Of a DNA stretch of 64,000 bases, positions 12,501 through 26,700 are shown piece by piece. Origin of the DNA: Auanema rhodensis (lineage: Eukaryota > Animalia > Nematoda). The stretch spans positions 2,604,001-2,668,000 of the forward strand of contig OZ059900.1 of assembly GCA_964057225.1 (NCBI GenBank). The letters run 5' to 3'. Each line of letters begins with the position of its first letter. Position 1 is the stretch's first letter. The notes beneath the pieces are model-generated. The model saw nothing but the letters and a program-made list of their open reading frames with translations, had not been told where the DNA came from and made no database searches. Made by a program: the position numbers and the translations under genes.

Positions 12501-15500
12501 CGTAAATTTTGATCATATTCGTTAAGATTTGAGAATCAAACACACAATACACAAAATCAGTCTATTTTTATGAGCTTGCACTGATATATATTCATTTTGA
12601 TCAAAAAAGGTCGAAAATAGAAAGAATTTTGGAAATTTCCGAGTTTTGAGTCTAATTTGGCTAAATCGCTCATATATATGATCAGAAGCATAGGTGTATT
12701 GTCTATGACAACAAAAGTCATCAATTAAACGCTAGTGATGTTTTAATACTGAATTTCGCTCAAATAGCATTACTACACTAAGTATGGTCGTTTTTATGCC
12801 TTTAACACCATATACTCACCGATTTTTGGTACAAAATCTGTAATACTCGTAAATTTTGATCATATTCGTTAAGATTTGAGAATCAAACATACAATACACA
12901 AAATCAGTCTATTTTTATGAGCTTGCACTGATATATATTCATTTTGATCAAAAAAGGTCGAAAATAGAAAGAATTTTTGAAATTTCCGAGTTTTGAGTCT
13001 AATTTGGCTAAATCGCTCATATATATGATCAAAAGCATAGTTTTACTGTCTATGATAACAAAAGTCTTCAATTATACACTAATAATGATTAAATCACTGA
13101 ATTTCAGTCAAATAGCATTACTACACTAAGTATGGTCGTTTTTATGCCTTTAACACCATATACTCACCGATTTTTGGTACAAAATCTGTAATACTTGTAA
13201 ATTTTGATCATATTTGTTAAGATTCGAGAATCAAACACATAATACACGAAATAAGTCTATTTTTACAAGTTTGCACTGATATTTATTCATTTTGATCAAA
13301 AAAGGTCGAAAATAGAAAGAATTTTTGAAATTTCCGAGTTTTGAGTCTAATTTGGCTAAATCGCTCATATATATGATCAGAAGCATAGTTTTATTGTCTA
13401 TGACAACAAAAGTCATCAATTAAACGCTAGTGATGTTTAAATACTGATTTTCGCTCAAATAGCATTACTACACTAAGTATGGTCGTTTTTATGCCTTTAA
13501 CACCATATACTCACCGATTTTTGGTACAAAATCTGTAATACTCGTAAATTTTGATCATATTCGTTAAGATTTGAAAATCAAACACATAATACACGAAATA
13601 AGTCTATTTTTATGAGTTTGCACTGATATTTATTCATTTTGATCAAAAAAGGTCGAAAATAGAAAGAATTTTTGAAATTTCCGAGATTTGAGTCTAATTT
13701 GGCTAAATCGCTCATATATATGATCAGAAGCATAGTTTTATTGTCTATGACAACAAAAATCATCAATTAAACGCTAGTGATGTTTAAATACTGATTTTCG
13801 CTCAAATAGCATTACTACACTAAGTATGGTCGTTTTTATGCCTTTAACACCATATACTCACCGATTTTTGGTACAAAATCTGTAATACTCGTAAATTTTG
13901 ATCATATTCGTTAAGATTTGAGAATCAAACATACAATACACAAAATCAGTCCATTTTTATGAGCTTGCACTGATATATATTCATTTTGATCAAAAAAGGT
14001 CGAAAATAGAAAGAATTTTTGAAATTTCCGAGTTTTGAGTCTAATTTGGCTAAATCGCTCATATATATGATCAGAAGCATAGTTTTATTGTCTATGACAA
14101 CAAAAATCATCAATTAAACGCTAGTGATGTTTAAATACTGATTTTCGCTCAAATAGCATTACTACACTAAGTATGGTCGTTTTTATGCCTTTAACACCAT
14201 ATACTCACCGATTTTTGGTACAAAATCTGTAATACTCGTAAAATTTGATCATATTTGTTAAGATTTGAGAATCAAACACACAATACACAAAATCAGTCTA
14301 TTTTTATGAGTTTACACTGATATATATTCATTTTCATCAAAAAAGGTCGAAAATAGAAAGAATTTTTGAATTTTCCGAGTTTTGAGTCGAATTGGGCTAA
14401 ATCGCTCATATATATGATCAAAAGCATAGTTTTACTGTCTATGATAACAAAAGTCTTCAAATATACACTAATAATGATTAAATCACTGAATTTCACTCAA
14501 ATAGCATTACTACACTAAGTATGGTCGTTTTTATGCCTTTAACACCATATACTCACCGATTTTTGGTACAAAATCTGTAATACTTGTAAATTTTGATCAT
14601 ATTTGTTAAGATTCGAGAATCAAACACATAATACACAAAATAAGTCTATTTTTTTTGAGAATCAAACATACAATACACAAAATCAGTCTATTTTTATGAG
14701 CTTGCACTGATATATATTCATTTTGATCAAAAAAGGTCGAAAATAGAAAGAATTTTTGAAATTTCCGAGTTTTGAGTCTAATTTGGCTAAATCGCTCATA
14801 TATATGATCAGAAGCATAGTTTTATTGTCTATGACAACAAAAATCATCAATTAAACGCTAGTGATGTTTAAATACTGATTTTCGCTCAAATAGCATTACT
14901 ACACTAAGTATGGTCGTTTTTATGCCTTTAACACCATATACTCACCGATTTTTGGTACAAAATCTGTAATACTCGTAAAATTTGATCATATTTGTTAAGA
15001 TTTGAGAATCAAACACACAATACACAAAATCAGTCTATTTTTATGAGTTTACACTGATATATATTCATTTTCATCAAAAAAGGTCGAAAATAGAAAGAAT
15101 TTTTGAATTTTCCGAGTTTTGAGTCAAATTGGGCTAAATCGCTCATATATATGATCAAAAGCATAGTTTTACTGTCTATGATAACAAAAGTCTTCAAATA
15201 TACACTAATAATGATTAAATCACTGAATTTCACTCAAATAGCATTACTACACTAAGTATGGTCGTTTTTATGCCTTTAACACCATATACTCACCGATTTT
15301 TGGTACAAAATCTGTAATACTTGTAAATTTTGATCATATTTGTTAAGATTCGAGAATCAAACACATAATACACAAAATAAGTCTATTTTTACAAGTTTGC
15401 ACTGATATTTATTCATTTTGATCAAAAAAGGTCGAAAATAGAAAGAATTTTTGAAATTTCCGAGTTTTGAGTCCAATTTGGCTAAATCGCTCATATATAT

Positions 15501-18500
15501 GATCAAAAGCATAGTTTTATTGTCTATAACAACAAAAGTCATCAATTAAACGCTAGTGATGTTTAAATACTGAATTTCGCTCAAATAGCATTACTACACT
15601 AAGTATGGTCGTTTTTATGCCTTTAACACCATATACTCACCGATTTTTGGTACAAAATCTATAATACTCGTAAATTTTGATCATATTCGTTAAGATTTGA
15701 GAATCAAACATACAATACACAAAATCAGTCTATTTTTATGAGCTTGCACTGATATATATTCATTTTGATCAAAAAAGGTCGAAAATAGAAAGAATTTTTG
15801 AAATTTCCGAGTTTTGAGTCTAATTTGGCTAAATCGCTCATATATATGATCAAAAGCATAGTTTTATTGTCTATGACAACAAAAGTCATCAATTAAACGC
15901 TAGTGATGTTTAAATACTGAATTTCGCTCAAATAGCATTACTACACTAAGTATGGTCGTTTTTATGCCTTTAACACTATATACTCACCGATTTTTGGTAC
16001 AAAATCTGTAATACTCGTAAATTTTGATCATATTCGTTAAGATTTGAGAATCAAACATACAATACACAAAATCAGTCTATTTTTATGAGCTTGCACTGAT
16101 ATATATTCATTTTGATCAAAAAAGGTCGAAAATTGAAAGAATTTTTGAAATTTCCGAGTTTTGAGTCTAATTTGGCTAAATCGCTCATATATATGATCAG
16201 AAGCATAGTTTTATTGTCTATGACAACAAAAGTCATCAATTAAACGCTAGTGATGTTTAAATACTGATTTTCGCTCAAATAGCATTACTACACTAAGTAT
16301 GGTCGTTTTTATGCCTTTAACACCATATACTCACCGATTTTTGGTACAAAATCTGTAATACTCGTAAATTTTGATCATATTCGTTAAGATTTGAAAATCA
16401 AACACATAATACACGAAATCAGTCTATTTTTATGAGCTTGCACTGATATATATTCATTTTGATCAAAAAAGGTCGAAAATAGAAAGAATTTTGGAAATTT
16501 CCGAGTTTTGAGTCTAATTTGGCTAAATCGCTCATATATATGATCAAAAGCATAGTTTTACTGTCTATGATAACAAAAGTCTTCAAATATACACTAATAA
16601 TGATTAAATCACTGAATTTCACTCAAATAGCATTACTACACTAAGTATGGTCGTTTTTATGCCTTTAACACCATATACTCACCGATTTTTGGTACAAAAT
16701 CTGTAATACTTGTAAATTTTGATCATATTTGTTAAGATTCGAGAATCAAACACATAATACACAAAATAAGTCTATTTTTACAAGTTTGCACTGATATTTA
16801 TTCATTTTGATCAAAAAAGGTCGAAAATAGAAAGAATTTTTGAAATTTCCGAGTTTTGAGTCCAATTTGGCTAAATCGCTCATATATATGATCAAAAGCA
16901 TAGTTTTATTGTCTATAACAACAAAAGTCATCAATTAAACGCTAGTGATGTTTAAATACTGAATTTCGCTCAAATAGCATTACTACACTAAGTATGGTCG
17001 TTTTTATGCCTTTAACACCATATACTCACCGATTTTTGGTACAAAATCTATAATACTCGTAAATTTTGATCATATTCGTTAAGATTTGAGAATCAAACAT
17101 ACAATACACAAAATCAGTCTATTTTTATGAGCTTGCACTGATATATATTCATTTTGATCAAAAAAGGTCGAAAATAGAAAGAATTTTTGAAATTTCCGAG
17201 TTTTGAGTCTAATTTGGCTAAATCGCTCATATATATGATCAAAAGCATAGTTTTATTGTCTATGACAACAAAAGTCATCAATTAAACGCTAGTGATGTTT
17301 AAATACTGAATTTCGCTCAAATAGCATTACTACACTAAGTATGGTCGTTTTTATGCCTTTAACACTATATACTCACCGATTTTTGGTACAAAATCTGTAA
17401 TACTCGTAAATTTTGATCATATTCGTTAAGATTTGAGAATCAAACATACAATACACAAAATCAGTCTATTTTTATGAGCTTGCACTGATATATATTCATT
17501 TTGATCAAAAAAGGTCGAAAATAGAAAGAATTTTTGAAATTTCCGAGTTTTGAGTCTAATTTGGCTAAATCGCTCATATATATGATCAGAAGCATAGTTT
17601 TATTGTCTATGACAACAAAAGTCATCAATTAAACGCTAGTGATGTTTAAATACTGATTTTCGCTCAAATAGCATTACTACACTAAGTATGGTCGTTTTTA
17701 TGCCTTTAACACCATATACTCACCGATTTTTGGTACAAAATCTGTAATACTCGTAAATTTTGATCATATTCGTTAAGATTTGAAAATCAAACACATAATA
17801 CACGAAATCAGTCTATTTTTATGAGCTTGCACTGATATATATTCATTTTGATCAAAAAAGGTCGAAAATAGAAAGAATTTTTGAAATTTCCGAGTTTTGA
17901 GTCTAATTTGGCTAAATCGCTCATATATATGATCAAAAGCATAGTTTTACTGTCTATGATAACAAAAGTCTTCAAATATACACTAATAATGATTAAATCA
18001 CTGAATTTCACTCAAATAGCATTACTACACTAAGTATGGTCGTTTTTATGCCTTTAACACCATATACTCACCGATTTTTGGTACAAAATCTGTAATACTT
18101 GTAAATTTTGATCATATTTGTTAAGATTCGAGAATCAAACACATAATACACAAAATAAGTCTATTTTTTTTGAGAATCAAACATACAATACACAAAATCA
18201 GTCTATTTTTATGAGCTTGCACTGATATATATTCATTTTGATCAAAAAAGGTCGAAAATAGAAAGAATTTTTGAAATTTCCGAGTTTTGAGTCTAATTTG
18301 GCTAAATCGCTCATATATATGATCAGAAGCATAGTTTTATTGTCTATGACAACAAAAATCATCAATTAAACGCTAGTGATGTTTAAATACTGATTTTCGC
18401 TCAAATAGCATTACTACACTAAGTATGGTCGTTTTTATGCCTTTAACACCATATACTCACCGATTTTTGGTACAAAATCTGTAATACTCGTAAAATTTGA

Positions 18501-20702
18501 TCATATTTGTTAAGATTTGAGAATCAAACACACAATACACAAAATCAGTCTATTTTTATGAGTTTACACTGATATATATTCATTTTCATCAAAAAAGGTC
18601 GAAAATAGAAAGAATTTTTGAATTTTCCGAGTTTTGAGTCGAATTGGGCTAAATCGCTCATATATATGATCAAAAGCATAGTTTTACTGTCTATGATAAC
18701 AAAAGTCTTCAAATATACACTAATAATGATTAAATCACTGAATTTCACTCAAATAGCATTACTACACTAAGTATGGTCGTTTTTATGCCTTTAAAACCAT
18801 ATACTCACCGATTTTTGGTACAAAATCTGTAATACTTGTAAATTTTGATCATATTTGTTAAGATTCGAGAATCAAACACATAATACACAAAATAAGTCTA
18901 TTTTTACAAGTTTGCACTGATATTTATTCATTTTGATCAAAAAAGGTCGAAAATAGAAAGAATTTTTGAAATTTCCGAGTTTTGAGTCCAATTTGGCTAA
19001 ATCGCTCATATATATGATCAAAAGCATAGTTTTATTGTCTATAACAACAAAAGTCATCAATTAAACGCTAGTGATGTTTAAATACTGAATTTCGCTCAAA
19101 TAGCATTACTACACTAAGTATGGTCGTTTTTATGCCTTTAACACCATATACTCACCGATTTTTGGTACAAAATCTATAATACTCGTAAATTTTGATCATA
19201 TTCGTTAAGATTTGAGAATCAAACATACAATACACAAAATCAGTCTATTTTTATGAGCTTGCACTGATATATATTCATTTTGATCAAAAAAGGTCGAAAA
19301 TAGAAAGAATTTTTGAAATTTCCGAGTTTTGAGTCTAATTTGGCTAAATCGCTCATATATATGATCAAAAGCATAGTTTTATTGTCTATTACAACAAAAG
19401 TCATCAATTAAACGCTAGTGATGTTTAAATACTGAATTTCGCTCAAATAGCATTACTACACTAAGTATGGTCGTTTTTATGCCTTTAACACTATATACTC
19501 ACCGATTTTTGGTACAAAATCTGTAATACTCGTAAATTTTGATCATATTCGTTAAGATTTGAGAATCAAACATACAATACACAAAATCAGTCTATTTTTA
19601 TGAGCTTGCACTGATATATATTCATTTTGATCAAAAAAGGTCGAAAATAGAAAGAATTTTTGAAATTTCCGAGTTTTGAGTCTAATTTGGCTAAATCGCT
19701 CATATATATGATCAGAAGCATAGTTTTATTGTCTATGACAACAAAAGTCATCAATTAAACGCTAGTGATGTTTAAATACTGATTTTCGCTCAAATAGCAT
19801 TACTACACTAAGTATGGTCGTTTTTATGCCTTTAACACCATATACTCACCGATTTTTGGTACAAAATCTGTAATACTCGTAAATTTTGATCATATTCGTT
19901 AAGATTTGAAAATCAAACACATAATACACGAAATCAGTCTATTTTTATGAGCTTGCACTGATATATATTCATTTTGATCAAAAAAGGTCGAAAATAGAAA
20001 GAATTTTTGAAATTTCCGAGTTTTGAGTCTAATTTGGCTAAATCGCTCATATATATGATCAGAAGCATAGTTTTATTGTCTATGACAACAAAAATCATCA
20101 ATTAAACGCTAGTGATGTTTAAATACTGATTTTCGCTCAAATAGCATTACTACACTAAGTATGGTCGTTTTTATGCCTTTAACACCATATACTCACCGAT
20201 TTTTGGTACAAAATCTGTAATACTCGTAAAATTTGATCATATTTGTTAAGATTTGAGAATCAAACACACAATACACAAAATCAGTCTATTTTTATGAGTT
20301 TACACTGATATATATTCATTTTCATCAAAAAAGGTCGAAAATAGAAAGAATTTTTGAATTTTCCGAGTTTTGAGTCTAATTTGGCTAAATCGCTCATATA
20401 TATGATCAAAAGCATAGTTTTACTGTCTATGATAACAAAAGTCTTCAAATATACACTAATAATGATTAAATCACTGAATTTCACTCAAATAGCATTACTA
20501 CACTAAGTATGGTCGTTTTTATGCCTTTAACACCATATACTCACCGATTTTTGGTACAAAATCTGTAATACTTGTAAATTTTGATCATATTTGTTAAGAT
20601 TCGAGAATCAAACACATAATACACAAAATAAGTCTATTTTTTTTGAGAATCAAACATACAATACACAAAATCAGTCTATTTTTATGAGCTTGCACTGATA
20701 TA

Positions 20703-23700
20703 TATTCATTTTGATCAAAAAAGGTCGAAAATAGAAAGAATTTTTGAAATTTCCGAGTTTTGAGTCCAATTTGGCTAAATCGCTCATATATATGATCAAA
20801 AGCATAGTTTTATTGTCTATAACAACAAAAGTCATCAATTAAACGCTAGTGATGTTTAAATACTGAATTTCGCTCAAATAGCATTACTACACTAAGTATG
20901 GTCGTTTTTATGCCTTTAACACCATATACTCACCGATTTTTGGTACAAAATCTATAATACTCGTAAATTTTGATCATATTCGTTAAGATTTGAGAATCAA
21001 ACATACAATACACAAAATCAGTCTATTTTTATGAGCTTGCACTGATATATATTCATTTTGATCAAAAAAGGTCGAAAATAGAAAGAATTTTTGAAATTTC
21101 CGAGTTTTGAGTCTAATTTGGCTAAATCGCTCATATATATGATCAAAAGCATAGTTTTATTGTCTATGACAACAAAAGTCATCAATTAAACGCTAGTGAT
21201 GTTTAAATACTGAATTTCGCTCAAATAGCATTACTACACTAAGTATGGTCGTTTTTATGCCTTTAACACTATATACTCACCGATTTTTGGTACAAAATCT
21301 GTAATACTCGTAAATTTTGATCATATTCGTTAAGATTTGAGAATCAAACATACAATACACAAAATCAGTCTATTTTTATGAGCTTGCACTGATATATATT
21401 CATTTTGATCAAAAAAGGTCGAAAATAGAAAGAATTTTTGAAATTTCCGAGTTTTGAGTCTAATTTGGCTAAATCGCTCATATATATGATCAGAAGCATA
21501 GTTTTATTGTCTATGACAACAAAAGTCATCAATTAAACGCTAGTGATGTTTAAATACTGATTTTCGCTCAAATAGCATTACTACACTAAGTATGGTCGTT
21601 TTTATGCCTTTAACACCATATACTCACCGATTTTTGGTACAAAATCTGTAATACTCGTAAATTTTGATCATATTCGTTAAGATTTGAAAATCAAACACAT
21701 AATACACGAAATAAGTCTATTTTTATGAGTTTGCACTGATATTTATTCATTTTGATCAAAAAAGGTCGAAAATAGAAAGAATTTTTGAAATTTCCGAGTT
21801 TTGAGTCTAATTTGGCTAAATCGCTCATATATATGATCAGAAGCATAGTTTTATTGTCTATGACAACAAAAATCATCAATTAAACGCTAGTGATGTTTAA
21901 ATACTGATTTTCGCTCAAATAGCATTACTACACTAAGTATGGTCGTTTTTATGCCTTTAACACCATATACTCACCGATTTTTGGTACAAAATCTGTAATA
22001 CTCGTAAATTTTGATCATATTCGTTAAGATTTGAGAATCAAACATACAATACACAAAATCAGTCTATTTTTATGAGCTTGCACTGATATATATTCATTTT
22101 GATCAAAAAAGGTCGAAAATAGAAAGAATTTTTGAAATTTCCGAGTTTTGAGTCTAATTTGGCTAAATCGCTCATATATATGATCAGAAGCATAGTTTTA
22201 TTGTCTATGACAACAAAAATCATCAATTAAACGCTAGTGATGTTTAAATACTGATTTTCGCTCAAATAGCATTACTACACTAAGTATGGTCGTTTTTATG
22301 CCTTTAACACCATATACTCACCGATTTTTGGTACAAAATCTGTAATACTCGTAAAATTTGATCATATTTGTTAAGATTTGAGAATCAAACACACAATACA
22401 CGAAATCAGTCTATTTTTATGAGTTTACACTGATATATATTCATTTTCATCAAAAAAGGTCGAAAATAGAAAGAATTTTTGAATTTTCCGAGTTTTGAGT
22501 CGAATTGGGCTAAATCGCTCATATATATGATCAAAAGCATAGTTTTACTGTCTATGATAACAAAAGTCTTCAAATATACACTAATAATGATTAAATCACT
22601 GAATTTCACTCAAATAGCATTACTACACTAAGTATGGTCGTTTTTATGCCTTTAACACCATATACTCACCGATTTTTGGTACAAAATCTGTAATACTTGT
22701 AAATTTTGATCATATTTGTTAAGATTCGAGAATCAAACACATAATACACAAAATAAGTCTATTTTTTTTGAGAATCAAACATACAATACACAAAATCAGT
22801 CTATTTTTATGAGCTTGCACTGATATATATTCATTTTGATCAAAAAAGGTCGAAAATAGAAAGAATTTTTGAAATTTCCGAGTTTTGAGTCTAATTTGGC
22901 TAAATCGCTCATATATATGATCAGAAGCATAGTTTTATTGTCTATGACAACAAAAATCATCAATTAAACGCTAGTGATGTTTAAATACTGATTTTCGCTC
23001 AAATAGCATTACTACACTAAGTATGGTCGTTTTTATGCCTTTAACACCATATACTCACCGATTTTTGGTACAAAATCTGTAATACTCGTAAAATTTGATC
23101 ATATTTGTTAAGATTTGAGAATCAAACACACAATACACAAAATCAGTCTATTTTTATGAGTTTACACTGATATATATTCATTTTCATCAAAAAAGGTCGA
23201 AAATAGAAAGAATTTTTGAATTTTCCGAGTTTTGAGTCGAATTGGGCTAAATCGCTCATATATATGATCAAAAGCATAGTTTTACTGTCTATGATAACAA
23301 AAGTCTTCAAATATACACTAATAATGATTAAATCACTGAATTTCACTCAAATAGCATTACTACACTAAGTATGGTCGTTTTTATGCCTTTAACACCATAT
23401 ACTCACCGATTTTTGGTACAAAATCTGTAATACTTGTAAATTTTGATCATATTTGTTAAGATTCGAGAATCAAACACATAATACACAAAATAAGTCTATT
23501 TTTACAAGTTTGCACTGATATTTATTCATTTTGATCAAAAAAGGTCGAAAATAGAAAGAATTTTTGAAATTTCCGAGTTTTGAGTCCAATTTGGCTAAAT
23601 CGCTCATATATATGATCAAAATCATAGTTTTATTGTCTATAACAACAAAAGTCATCAATTAAACGCTAGTGATGTTTAAATACTGAATTTCGCTCAAATA

Positions 23701-26700
23701 GCATTACTACACTAAGTATGGTCGTTTTTATGCCTTTAACACCATATACTCACCGATTTTTGGTACAAAATCTGTAATACTCGTAAATTTTGATCATATT
23801 CGTTAAGATTTGAGAATCAAACATACAATACACAAAATCAGTCTATTTTTATGAGCTTGCACTGATATATATTCATTTTGATCAAAAAAGGTCGAAAATA
23901 GAAAGAATTTTTGAAATTTCCGAGTTTTGAGTCTAATTTGGCTAAATCGCTCATATATATGATCAAAAGCATAGTTTTATTGTCTATGACAACAAAAGTC
24001 ATCAATTAAACGCTAGTGATGTTTAAATACTGAATTTCGCTCAAATAGCATTACTACACTAAGTATGGTCGTTTTTATGCCTTTAACACTATATACTCAC
24101 CGATTTTTGGTACAAAATCTGTAATACTCGTAAATTTTGATCATATTCGTTAAGATTTGAGAATCAAACATACAATACACAAAATCAGTCTATTTTTATG
24201 AGCTTGCACTGATATATATTCATTTTGATCAAAAAAGGTCGAAAATAGAAAGAATTTTTGAAATTTCCGAGTTTTGAGTCTAATTTGGCTAAATCGCTCA
24301 TATATATGATCAGAAGCATAGTTTTATTGTCTATGACAACAAAAATCATCAATTAAACGCTAGTGATGTTTAAATACTGATTTTCGCTCAAATAGCATTA
24401 CTACACTAAGTATGGTCGTTTTTATGCCTTTAACACCATATACTCACCGATTTTTGGTACAAAATCTGTAATACTCGTAAATTTTGATCATATTCGTTAA
24501 GATTTGAGAATCAAACATACAATACACAAAATCAGTCTATTTTTATGAGCTTGCACTGATATATATTCATTTTGATCAAAAAAGGTCGAAAATAGAAAGA
24601 ATTTTTGAAATTTCCGAGTTTTGAGTCTAATTTGGCTAAATCGCTCATATATATGATCAGAAGCATAGTTTTATTGTCTATGACAACAAAAATCATCAAT
24701 TAAACGCTAGTGATGTTTAAATACTGATTTTCGCTCAAATAGCATTACTACACTAAGTATGGTCGTTTTTATGCCTTTAACACCATATACTCACCGATTT
24801 TTGGTACAAAATCTGTAATACTCGTAAAATTTGATCATATTTGTTAAGATTTGAGAATCAAACATACAATACACGAAATCAGTCTATTTTTATGAGTTTA
24901 CACTGATATATATTCATTTTCATCAAAAAAGGTCGAAAATAGAAAGAATTTTTGAATTTTCCGAGTTTTGAGTCGAATTGGGCTAAATCGCTCATATATA
25001 TGATCAAAAGCATAGTTTTACTGTCTATGATAACAAAAGTCTTCAAATATACACTAATAATGATTAAATCACTGAATTTCACTCAAATAGCATTACTACA
25101 CTAAGTATGGTCGTTTTTATGCCTTTAACACCATATACTCACCGATTTTTGGTACAAAATCTGTAATACTTGTAAATTTTGATCATATTTGTTAAGATTC
25201 GAGAATCAAACACATAATACACAAAATAAGTCTATTTTTTTTGAGAATCAAACATACAATACACAAAATCAGTCTATTTTTATGAGCTTGCACTGATATA
25301 TATTCATTTTGATCAAAAAAGGTCGAAAATAGAAAGAATTTTTGAAATTTCCGAGTTTTGAGTCTAATTTGGCTAAATCGCTCATATATATGATCAGAAG
25401 CATAGTTTTATTGTCTATGACAACAAAAATCATCAATTAAACGCTAGTGATGTTTAAATACTGATTTTCGCTCAAATAGCATTACTACACTAAGTATGGT
25501 CGTTTTTATGCCTTTAACACCATATACTCACCGATTTTTGGTACAAAATCTGTAATACTCGTAAATTTTGATCATATTCGTTAAGATTTGAAAATCAAAC
25601 ACATAATACACGAAATCAGTCTATTTTTATGAGCTTGCACTGATATATATTCATTTTGATCAAAAAAGGTCGAAAATAGAAAGAATTTTTGAAATTTCCG
25701 AGTTTTGAGTCCAATTTGGCTAAATCGCTCATATATATGATCAAAAGCATAGTTTTATTGTCTATAACAACAAAAGTCATCAATTAAACGCTAGTGATGT
25801 TTAAATACTGAATTTCGCTCAAATAGCATTACTACACTAAGTATGGTCGTTTTTATGCCTTTAACACCATATACTCACCGATTTTTGGTACAAAATCTGT
25901 AATACTCGTAAATTTTGATCATATTCGTTAAGATTTGAAAATCAAACACATAATACACGAAATCAGTCTATTTTTATGAGCTTGCACTGATATATATTCA
26001 TTTTGATCAAAAAAGGTCGAAAATAGAAAGAATTTTTGAAATTTCCGAGTTTTGAGTCTAATTTGGCTAAATCGCTCATATATATGATCAGAAGCATAGT
26101 TTTATTGTCTATGACAACAAAAATCATCAATTAAACGCTAGTGATGTTTAAATACTGATTTTCGCTCAAATAGCATTACTACACTAAGTATGGTCGTTTT
26201 TATGCCTTTAACACCATATACTCACCGATTTTTGGTACAAAATCTGTAATACTCGTAAAATTTGATCATATTTGTTAAGATTTGAGAATCAAACACACAA
26301 TACACAAAATCAGTCTATTTTTATGAGTTTACACTGATATATATTCATTTTCATCAAAAAAGGTCGAAAATAGAAAGAATTTTTGAATTTTCCGAGTTTT
26401 GAGTCTAATTTGGCTAAATCGCTCATATATATGATCAAAAGCATAGTTTTACTGTCTATGATAACAAAAGTCTTCAAATATACACTAATAATGATTAAAT
26501 CACTGAATTTCACTCAAATAGCATTACTACACTAAGTATGGTCGTTTTTATGCCTTTAACACCATATACTCACCGATTTTTGGTACAAAATCTGTAATAC
26601 TTGTAAATTTTGATCATATTTGTTAAGATTCGAGAATCAAACACATAATACACAAAATAAGTCTATTTTTTTTGAGAATCAAACATACAATACACAAAAT

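Larger units (their letters stand above)
1..20766. repeat. Large duplication with 33-monomer offset (11,589 bp): 1-9177 repeated at 11590-20766
   Basis: ORF series 1642..8692 recurs at exactly +11589. Rare variants are shared at that offset: tactaaccg (~186), tggctcat (~383), aaaacatag (~751), ccgagattt (~2097), agtccattt (~2363), aaattgaaag (~4545), tttaaaacca (~7206), ctattacaac (~7801). First mismatch seen is 9178 T vs 20767 C. 11589 = 33x347 + 12 + 3x42. Confidence 0.95.
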
